64,000 nucleotides of DNA, taken from assembly GCA_016748015.1 (NCBI GenBank), contig JAAOMT010000076.1, positions 62,001-126,000 of the forward strand, in the 5' to 3' direction. Below are positions 24,397 through 35,201 of the stretch, piece after piece. The translations under genes were made by a program, and so were the position numbers. The notes under the pieces are model-generated. The model was not told the origin of the DNA, made no database searches, and was given only the letters and a program-made list of their open reading frames with translations. Positions within the stretch are counted from its first letter, which is position 1. Each line of letters opens with the position of its first letter. Source of the stretch: Geosiphon pyriformis uo1. Its lineage: Eukaryota > Fungi > Glomeromycota.

Positions 24397-25377
24397 TGTT
24401 ACCAGTAGAATTTTAGCTATTAATTAGCATGAAATTACCCTTATAATTCCTATAATTAATTAGTATATTAATATTATTTCAAATTATCATTTATTATTTA
24501 ATCAATTATCACATATCACGATTCAATTAAATAATCCAATTAGTATAACAAAAAGTAGAATGATCAAATTACACAATATTCTGAACTTTGTAACATTCAG
24601 AAATTCGCCGAAATTTACAGAAATTCGCCGAAATTTATAAGAAATTCGCCGAAATTATGAATAATTCACCCAAATTAATTAGTAATTTAGCAAAATAACT
24701 TGTAGTCCATTAAAATGTATCTTTAGTTCACCGAAATTTGAGCAAAGAGAAAAAGTGCAAGTTTATAGACTAGTACTACAACAAGTTGTATAAAAAAAGA
24801 GCTTTTCTCTTTAAAAAAATGTATCTTACTTTAGATTTATCACTTAGAACCATTCCTATATACACAAAAAGAAATAAATACCAAATAATTTGAAAAACCA
24901 AATTCTTTAATTATTGCACTTGGAAAATCCCCAAAACCCAACTAATGTTTTGAAATTGATTAGCTATCAATTTCAGTAAACTGTTAGTGACTTCAGGCCT
25001 GAATAGAAAACGTTTCCCTTGACAGAATTCAATTTCTTTTACTTTTCTTTTATTTTCTTATTATAATTATTAAAGTAGTCTACAGACGAGATTCTTGTAA
25101 AAGAATTGACTTTCACAGCAAAATAACTACACATTTTTAGTGAGCTTCCAGATGAGCAATTCCTGAGAAAGAGTTAACGTTTACTACAACATAACTACAT
25201 AAAGTAACTGGTAAAGAATTGGCCATTCTACTTATAAGCCCAGCAAATTCAAATTATAGAAGATAATTTGAAGATAAATTCAGTTATTGGAGGTTCAACT
25301 ACTTCTAGAAAACGTGAATTTGCAACCAACAGACATTTACAACATTCAAGAAAAGAGACCAAAAATCTCCAGTAACA
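24397..25377 (+). repeat. 5' LTR of copy C
   Basis: TGTTAC...GTAACA; near-identical to 33313-34293; TATA-like gtataaaaa at ~24788. Confidence 0.97.
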
Positions 25378-25380
25378 TTT

Positions 25381-28300
25381 GGTGCTCTTCTATGGAAATA
25401 ACACAGCAACAACAAATTCAAAGTGGCAACCACACCAGACACAACAACTCTAGAGTATTATTAGTCAATTTACACCTACTGCAAGCAAAGATTTAACATT
25501 CCAGACGGAATTGAAGTTGTCAAGAAATCAGTATACCAATATATTGAAAATTGCATCAACCATTATCTTTTTGGAAACTACAACATTTTAGAAGTTAGAA
25601 ACAATCTCTACAATAATTTAGTGCACTATTCACAATTGGGAACAGAAGACCTGAACAGTAAAACACTTACTACCTACTTCCAAGAACTTAATTTTAATAT
25701 TATTGAGTACTGTGAAGAAAAATACCCAGTACAGCCCAAATATTTTTTTAACTTTGAATCAGAAACAGAGACAAGCAACAAAGGCAAACAAAAAGTGAAA
25801 CAATACTTAAGAACCATTCCAAACACTCCAATACTACCAAAAACAACTGCCAAACACTTGCAAACACCTGAACAAGGAACCAGTGTCAAATTACCACTTT
25901 CTATTACACCATTTCCAATTTTACTTGTTCAATCACAAACACCAAGTTCATTACTTAACCATTTCTCTAGACCAGAAGATTTTTAGTCACCTAAAAATCC
26001 TACTCAACAACAGGAACCAATATTAACAAGTGCCAATATTATTGATTACTTACAGAAAAACGAAAATAATTATTCAGAAAGCTTGGAAAGTGAAGAAACT
26101 GAACCAGAACAAGAAGAAGCCTCAGAAAACGAAGAAAAAATGGCAACTGCTTATATTGCAAAGATTCCAGAATTCATGGGTGAAGATAATGATACCAGTC
26201 CTCAAGAATGGCTTGACAAAATTCAAAAAGCAGAAGATGCAAATGGTTGAAATGCAGCAAGAATGCTCAAAGCAATTCCATACTTTCTCCAAGGAACTAC
26301 AGAAGAATGGTTTAAAAACTTAAAAGAACCATTTGAAAACTGGCAAGCATTCAAAGATGCTTTTCTACAACAATTTACTGACAACAACACTTCTATCACT
26401 TTCAGAAACCACTTTCACAATATCAAGCAAGAAATATCTGAAACTGTTATGACTTATCTTGGAAGATTCAACAAACTTCTTAAACAAATTTAACAATTGG
26501 AAACCAATAACTACTATTCTAATGCTCAAATTCTGGATCAGTTTATAGCAGGGTTAAAAAACAAACTGATTAAAAAAGTCTGTCCACATGCTTCAGCAGA
26601 TTTAACAACTGCTATTAGACATGCAAAGAATTATGAAATGGCTATAGAAAAAGCAAACCACACCAAACTTGTTAACTTGGCTATTGGAGAAACCAGCTCA
26701 GCAGCTGAAAAAAAGATAGACCAACTCACAAAAAAGGTTGAAAGCTATTTTACAAACCAGCAACAACAGCAGCAACAACCACAAAAATATCAACCACCAC
26801 AGTGACACAACCAAAACAACTTTGGACCACCATCCAACAACCAACCTTAAAATTGTCACTATTGTGGAATTTCAGGACACTAGAAACGAGATTGCAGGAA
26901 ACTACAAAGAGACCAACAAAACAGGAGTAATCAATGTTACTCTTCACCACAACAATCTTATTACCAACTTCCACTACCAACTTATTATTTACTGAGACCA
27001 CAAATTCAAAACAGCTATTATCAACCAGCTCCACAACCAATTTAACAACAATATCAGCAACTTTTACCAATTCAGCAATATTAGATACCACTCACTCAAC
27101 AATATCAAGTACCAGCAAGAAGATTGGTTCAACATAACCAATTCACACTCCAAAATCAATTTTAGAATAACAACAACAAAATTAATCCAAATAACCAGTT
27201 GGTTCTCCAAAATTCTGGTCAGCAAAGACCCAATCATTATCACATTCAATCCAGTTATTTTACAATACCAGAGGAATCGGATTTTCAACAACCTGCATTT
27301 TCTGAAGGTAAAGTTGCAGCACCCAAATCAAATCCTTCCAACAACACTATTCCATCAGCTCAAATTGCCCAAAATGCCAACTTTTCAGATATATTCCCAT
27401 TCGAATTTGAAACAAATAAATCACCATTCTTGCTTAGTAATGCAGCAGCTAATGAACAAAAAACTATCACTGCTATGTACACTAAAGCTACAGTAGAAGA
27501 AAAACTCATCCGACTAATTCTAGACAGTGGATCAGCTGGAAGTATTATTACCTACCAGTTAATACAACAGCTTCAAAGAACTATTGACAGACCAGCCCAA
27601 ACTGTAATTATTACAGCAGATGGTATGAAAAAGACACCAGTAAGAGAAATTGACAATTTTCTATTCATCATTGATGAAATCACTATTCTAGTCATATTCT
27701 AGTCATGGATGCACCCCAATACCAAGCTTTGATCGGAAATGATTGACTTCTTAAGGCCAATGCAAACTTGAACTGAAAAACTCAGGAATTAAAAATCTCA
27801 TACCAAGAACAATACACTATAGTATCTGCTACTTGTGGTACTTTTAACAAATGATCAAAAAAAGTCCCAGTATTTGAATTTGAAGAGGAGAAAGAAATGC
27901 TACTTACTAAAACCTACATGGCTCTTGGATCAACATCCAATTGGGCTGAAGAAACAGAACAGAAGATTTTTGAAGAATCAAGAGGATGGAAGAAAGTTAG
28001 ATATTCTACACCAGAACCATGAAAACAACCACTCTATATTCCATTCAAATGCAAAGATTGCAACAAAAAACTTTCATCAATAGAAGCATATATTTCTCCA
28101 GAAGAGGAATATGAAACTCGTATCTGTTACTTTTGCAAAGCATGCCATAGAGAACGATTTGAATCTCCAAAAAGAAGTGGAAAATAGGACAACACACCTT
28201 GCCTTACATGTGGAGATATGTTATCAGAAGAATGCAACTGGATTGATGTTGCAATGAGAGGAAGAGTATGTAATCAAACCTGTCAATATGTTCTATCAAT

Positions 28301-31043
28301 TTCGGAAAAAGTCAGAAGAAGAACACTATTTGATGCAGCATACAATAGTGCTCTCAATAAACTTTACCACTACCTTCATGATGCTGAAATAATTTTTGAC
28401 CTAGCAATGGCATTGATCAATGGAACCACTTAAGAAGATGTCCATTAAATAAAAGAAGCTAAATACATTAAGTATACCATGGAATTAGCTAGATTTGATT
28501 ATGAAGATAAAGCAGAAACATATCACCAAATTGCAAGCCACACATATCTGACCAAAGAAGCTCAAATTCAATGATTAGAGCAAATAAACATTCAATTGTG
28601 TAAAGAATGCATCATGCCTTGTGATGATCAATGGTGTTTAGAATGCTATGCTCTTACCATTCCTCAGCCAAATGAGAATGATGAAAATGAAATCGAATTT
28701 GGAGTATCTGAACTAGTAGAAAAACTACCAACCACACTTATCTATCTCCTTGAAAAGCAACCACTTCTATAATTTAAATATTTTGACAACCATGGCCAAG
28801 GAATCAGACCAGAAAAAACACACAAAATTGATGCCGAATATGACCTAAAATACTCAGGAAAAGATACTTTGGTTATCCAACTAAAGTCTTTAACAAAAAT
28901 CAATCTCAAAATTGCTCTTGAAATTCCATCTGGAGCAATGGTTCAAATTGCCTCCAGATCATCATTGACAAGCAAAGGAATCAATATTAGAGGAAGAATT
29001 ATAGATACAGGATACACTGGAGACATTATTATTATGTTGCAGAATGAAACAGACAAACCATTCAAGATTGAACATGCTGAAAAAATTGCTCAAGCAATTT
29101 ACCTACCCTTAATCAATATTTCGGGTTTACAATCAGTTAACAACAGAGAACAATTGGGAAAAAGTGAAAGAGGAACTCAAGGTTTGGTTCAACTGGATGA
29201 TTTACAGTTCTAGTAAACATAGTCCTTAAAATACAAAATGAATCTCACCAGATTTTTCAACTTCTCCAACCAATTACTATTTCACCTTTTGGAGAATATC
29301 ACGAAATTTACACTTGTTCAAAACCCATTACTACTCAACAAATCTTTGAATTCAATGAACAAATCTGTTTGAAGCATGAAATCTCAATTCTAAATGTTTA
29401 TATTCCCAAAGGAATGAAAAAATTTTGAGTTATATTCTACAACCCCAATAATTACCCTATTGTCTTATTAAACAAATTAGAGATTGGAATCATATACAGC
29501 AATATTTTTCAAGATAAAAACTCTCAAATTGTCTCAAATTTTATCGAAATTGTAAGGCACACTTTACTCCCAAATCCAAATATCATTCCCACTACTGAAA
29601 ACTACCAGCTTTTGGAAAAAAACTCTCTCATATCAACATGGGTTTCTTAGAACCTCAACAACAAAGACAATTGAAACAATTGATAGCTGAATTTGCAGAT
29701 ATATTTGCAAAAGACAACAATAACCTGAGAAAAACAGATATCATTCAACATCAGATCTATACAGGAGATGCTTTACCAAAATGTCAGCAAACTTACAAAA
29801 TGCCACTTGCCAGTCATCAATTCATCAGAGAAAAAGTCCAGAGAATGCTTAATAACGGATTAATTTAACTATTAAGAAGTCCTTGGGCTTCACCAGTAGT
29901 CCTTGTCAAAAAAAAAATAGAAAAATCAGATTTTATGTTGATTATCACCAATTAAACAGTGTGACAATTAAAGATGCTTACCTTCTTCCAAGAATTGATG
30001 ACATGTTAGATGCTTTAGGAAAAGCCAAGTTCTTCTCAACTTTGGACTTGGAAAGTGGATACTGGCAAGTCGAAATGGATCCAAAAGACCGACCCAAAAC
30101 AGCATTTACCACCCAAGAAGGAAATTATGAGTTCAATGTTATGTTTTTTGAACTCTGTAATACACCAGTAACATTTCAGCGATTCATGGATGTTGTATAT
30201 AAAGGGCTCTTATGGCAATTAGTAGTTGTCTATCTTGATGACACTGATGTATACTTACCAAGCTTTGAAGCCCACTTCATTCACCTGTGAGAAGTTTTTC
30301 AATGATTACAGAAAGCAGGATTAAAGTTAAACATTGAAAAATGGTACTTTAAAAAAACAAGCTTGATCTTTTTTGGACACATAGTTAGTAAAGATGGAGT
30401 CAAACCAAATCCAGGAACAATCAGTGCTGTTAAAAACTTTCAAACTTCCAGAAATACCACAGAACTACGAGAATTTGTAGGATTAGTCTCTTACTATCAA
30501 AAATTCATAAAAAGATTCTCAGAAATTGCCAAACCACTCAATTATTTTATCAACAAAAACGTGCTATACAAATGGACTGAAGAACAACAAAAAGCTTTTG
30601 AAACTCTCAAAACAAAATTGACAACAGCCTCAGTTCTTGCTTACCTAGACTTCAACAAATGGTTCTAATTAGCCACTGATGCTTCATACATAGCATTTGG
30701 TGCCATCTTATCACAATTGGATGAAAATAGGTAAGAACAAGTTATCGTCTATATTAGTAGAACACTCAAACCAACAGAACTAAAATATGAGTCAACTAAA
30801 TTAGAAGCTGCTGCAGTCATCTGGGCTCTTAACTATTTTCAACAATATCTGAAGAATAGAAAAAAATTTGATATCATAACTGACAATATTGGTTTCAAAT
30901 GGCTCAATAAAAAGAAAACTGAACAAAGTGCCAAACAGTCTTGATGGAATGACTTCTTAGCAGACTACAAATATATTGTACACCACAAACCAGGAAAAAT
31001 ACACACTAATGTTGACAGCCTCTCAAGAATGAGACAATATTAA
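25381..31043 (+). pseudogene. pol: gag-pol remnant of copy C
   Basis: Capsid-like MATAYIAKIPEF at 26140, preceded by an in-frame leader; CHYCGISGH*KRDC; LILDSGSAGS; Cys-rich domain; dUTPase; LDLESGYWQV; YLDD at 30231; RNaseH ending DSLSRMRQY* at 31041-31043. Confidence 0.93.
28800..29200 (+). pseudogene. dut: dUTPase domain within pol of copy C
   Basis: AEYDL, ASRSSL, RIIDTGYTGDI, KIAQ, SERGTQG motifs. Confidence 0.92.
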
Positions 31044-31099
31044 TACCAACATCAACACCAACAAACTTAACAGCAGAACAAACAACAAAATCAACAACA

Positions 31100-32485
31100 A
31101 TGGATTCAGAAAACTACAACAACATCAAAAACTATTTGAAGACTCTTACCATGCCAGAAAATTGGTCCCCAAGTGAAAAACATTAATTACAACACCAATC
31201 CAAACAATATTTTATACATTACAACAAAATCTATTACAAAAATTGTAAAAACTCAAACCAACTACTCAAATTAGTACAGAAAAATGAAAAAAAAACAATT
31301 TTATATAACATATACACAGATTTGTCTTCAGCACACTTGGGAAGAGATGAAACAATTTAAAGAACTCTTGAACATTATTTTTGGCCTCACATGCAAAAAG
31401 ACATTTGACAATATGTAGAATCTTGTGATAGTTGTCAAAGAAGAGAAGGAACTCGTCCCACAGAACCTTTAAATCCAATCAAAGTTGGACAACTGTTTGA
31501 CAGAGTTGAAATTGATTTAGTCGGACCATTACTTATTACAACCTAAGAAAATTGTTATATTGCAGTAGCAGTAGATTATCTTACCAAATGGCCTAAAACT
31601 AGAGCCATCCAAAGAGCAGATGCAAAATCAGTAGCAAATTTCATCTATGAAGACATTATTTGTAGACATGGATGTCCAATTGAACTCTTATCTGATCAAG
31701 GAACACATTTTGTGAACAATTTCATACAAGAAATTTGTGAACAATTCAATGTCAAAAAATCTCTATTATTGCCTTATCATTCTCAAACAAATGGACTTAT
31801 AGAACATTTCAACAGAACATTGTGTGAATCATTGGCCAAAGTCTCAACAGATTTTAAGCAGGAATGGGATATTTTTATTCCATCAATGTTATTAGCATAC
31901 AGAACACTAAAACAAAATACTATGAAACACACACCATTTGATCTTATTTATAGAAAAACAGCAACATTACCAATTAATTTCACAGTAGAAACATACTCTG
32001 TGCAACCAATTAATAAAGAAAACTTTCAAGAAACACTCCAAAGAAGGGCCTACACTCTTCTTAGTACACTGGAAGGAAAAAAAAGAATAGCAGCAACTCA
32101 TATTGAACAGTCCCAAACTCAACAAAAAGAAAGACATGACAACAAATTACCACCCATAACCAACGAATTTAAGGTTGAAAATAAAGTTCTCTTACACAGA
32201 ATTAAGGCTGAAAAACAATAAAGTAGAAAATTTAAACATAAATGGAATGGACCATTTTATATTTACGAAATTCTAGGCAATAGATTATACAAGTTAAGAC
32301 TTGATAACAAAATACTAGCAAAAGTTGCACATGAAAACAGATTGAAACACTATCATTCCAGAAACAATTCTGAACCATTAATTTCACAAATTGGTACACA
32401 TTTCCCTTTAATTAATCCTGAAGATATTCCCCAAAATTTAGAACCAATAATTATAATAGAACAACAACCAAACTTGAATACTTAG
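31100..32485 (+). pseudogene. Stand-alone integrase ORF of copy C
   Basis: ATG at 31100 (MDSENYNNIKNYL); AH...CDSC; IDLVGPL, SDQGTHF, TNGLIEHFNR; WNGPF. Confidence 0.92.
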
Positions 32486-32630
32486 ATTTTACAATAATTT
32501 TTTAATAAAAACACAAAGACAAAAAATAGTAAATAATTACAAAAAACACCCAAACCCAAAAACAAATAAAAATCTCATATCCAAAAATAATTTTCTTTAT
32601 TCTCCCTTTTCATAATTAGTCAATTTTATC

Positions 32631-33332
32631 ATGATTATTTCCCGAAATATTCAACAAATATCCCAAAAGTTAATGTTAGCCTTGAAAACACTTTCTGACT
32701 TATCCATAATGATTAATAGAAGTCAAATTAATTATATTTAGAAAAAAACCACAGCCCCAGTAGTAAATCATTTACAGAACTATTACTCTTATAGAAAAAA
32801 AACAAGAAATCACTCTGAAAATAGGTTACCAAGACTTTTGAAGCAAGCACTGGAAGAAAATCTTTTAATTGCCCCTATTAACATTCTACCAAATGCTACA
32901 ATGCAACAAAAACTTCTACTACTTCTCAATGAACAGAACAATGAACACACCCCTATTTATAAATACTTTCATATTGGAAAGACACTTTATGAACGAAAAC
33001 TGGAACTTGAAACAATAAATCTCACTTCTGAAGCTATACAAATTTATAATGAATTCAAGACAGCAGCTGGATTAACAAACACTCACTACAAACTTAGAGC
33101 AGCTTTTAGACTCAATGATTTGTTTAATACTTGTGAAAATATTTTACAAAATCTAATACTGCAATTAATAAAAGTCTAATACATTGGCAAACTCACAGAA
33201 CTGAAATTTCGACAATTTTCTGACCAGATTACTTCAATTATTTTGGATCACTATCTTAATATCACAGATAGTGCTTGGACTTTGACAGAGCTCAGTCTTG
33301 AGGAGAAGATTATGTTACCAGTAGAATTTTAA
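32631..33332 (+). pseudogene. ORF3 of copy C (233 codons; runs through the PPT and stops 20 nt into the 3' LTR)
   Basis: One frame from ATG 32631 to TAA 33330-33332, broken only by point stops; homologous to copy A ORF3. Confidence 0.8.
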
Positions 33333-34293
33333 CTATTAATTAGCATGAAATTACCCTTATAATTTCTATAATTAATTAGTATATTAATATCATTTCAAAT
33401 TATCATTTATTATTTAATCAATTATCACATATTATGATTCAATTAAAATAATCCAATTAGTATAACAAAAAGTAGGATAATCAAATTACACAATATTTTG
33501 AACTTTGTAACATTCAGAAATTTGCCAAAATTTATAAGAAATTCGCCAAAATTTATAAAAATTCGCCGAAATTATGAATAGTTCACCCAAATTAATCAGT
33601 AGTTCAGTGAAATAACTTGTAGTTTATCAAAATGTATCTTTAGTTTGCTGAAATTTGAGCAAAGAGAAAAAGTGCAAGTTTATAGACTAGTACTACAACA
33701 AGTTGTATAAAAAAAGAGCTTTTCTCTTTAAAAAAATGTATCTTACTTTAGATTTATCACTTAGAACCATTCCTACACACACAAAAAGAAATAAATACCA
33801 AATAATTTGAAAAACCAAATTCTTTAATTATTGCACTTGGAAAATCCCCAAAACCCAACTAATGTTTTGGAATTGATTAGCTATCAATTTCAGTAAACTG
33901 TTAGTGACTCCAGACCTGAATAGAAAACGTTTCCCTTGACAGAATTCAATTTTTTTTACTTTTCTTTTATTTTCTTATTATAATCATTAGGGTAGCCTAC
34001 AAACGAGATTTCTGTAAAAGAATTGACTTTCACAGCAAAGTAACTACACATTTTTAGTAAGCTTCCAGATGAGCAATTTCTGAGAAAGAGTTGACATTTA
34101 CTACAACATAATTACATAAAGTAACTGGCAAAGAATTGGCCATTCCACTTATAAGCCCAGCAAGTTTAAATTATAGAAGATAATTTGAAGATAAATTCAG
34201 TTATTGGAGGTTTAACTACTTCTAAAAAACGTGAATTTGCAACCACAGACATTTACAACATTCAAGAAAAGAGACCAAAAACCTCCAGTAACA
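33313..34293 (+). repeat. 3' LTR of copy C
   Basis: Direct repeat of 24397-25377. Confidence 0.97.
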
Positions 34294-34307
34294 GCACCAA
34301 GTTATGG

Positions 34308-35201
34308 TGTTACAGGTGATTATTTGGGATCTGAAAACAAATAACAAAACCATAACTTGGTATTTAATAGCCAATTTATGTTGGTAATTTCTGAAGGTTT
34401 TCATATCTAAAGATTTTAGTTGAGTTTTTTGTATAATGGACAGAGATTCAGATGTTGTTTATCTATAACTTTCCAGAATTACAATTTCATTAAATTTCTT
34501 TCTCAGTATAGTGACTAGCAATTTTCTGGTAAATACTCTGTAATTTTCAGTGTCTATTCATTTATAAAGATCTTTTACCAGACAATCCTTGACATCAATA
34601 ACTCAGTGTTTAATCCTTAATTAATTAGTATACAACAAACAAAATAAAGAAAAAAATAAAATCAAAACATAAAAAAAAATAACCCAAGACAATTCAAAAG
34701 TTAATATCCCATTAATAGCTGTGATCAAGAGCTATTGGTTTAGTATAGTTAAGTATTAGTAATTATTAACATGAGTTTTTGATAGCAAAAAGATAGATTA
34801 TAATGGTAACAAGTATTTTATTAATATTTAATGTTTTTACTTTAAGTTATAGAATACTATTATATAAAAGGATGGGTATGGAATTGGAACTGGAGGTTTT
34901 AAACTAAAAATTCTGTTTTTTTTGTTTCTAACACTACTGCTATATATACATAAATTTTGTTATATGAGATTCCTTAAATTTCTCAATTTTTTTAGCCAGG
35001 AATCCTAGAATTCTTAGAATTCTGTAATTTCTTAAAAAAAATTCTGGAATTCTGGAATTCTGCAATTTCTCATACTAGAATCCTGTAATTTTGGAATTCT
35101 GCAATTCTTCTAAGAAGAATTCTGGAATTCTATTTTTACTGTATTTTATTTTGATTGGCTAATTTGTACTAATATATAATTTTTATATTCTATAAGTAAC
35201 A
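34308..35201 (-). repeat. 3' LTR of copy D
   Basis: TGTTAC...GTAACA; matches 43436-44283 apart from a deletion in the latter. Confidence 0.95.

Larger units (their letters stand above)
24397..34293 (+). mobile_element. Full-length Ty3/Gypsy copy C (best preserved, 9897 bp)
   Basis: Two 981-bp LTRs; perfect TSD gcac/gcac; PBS at 25380; PPT aggagaagat at 33301; all domains present. Confidence 0.97.

Noticed and set aside
25145-25175. Hammerhead ribozyme-like core (cagatgag...gaaa)
   Set aside because: Lacks CUGANGA and the required flanking stems.
32631-33332. env gene
   Set aside because: Too short, with no evident signal peptide, transmembrane anchor or furin/fusion motif.
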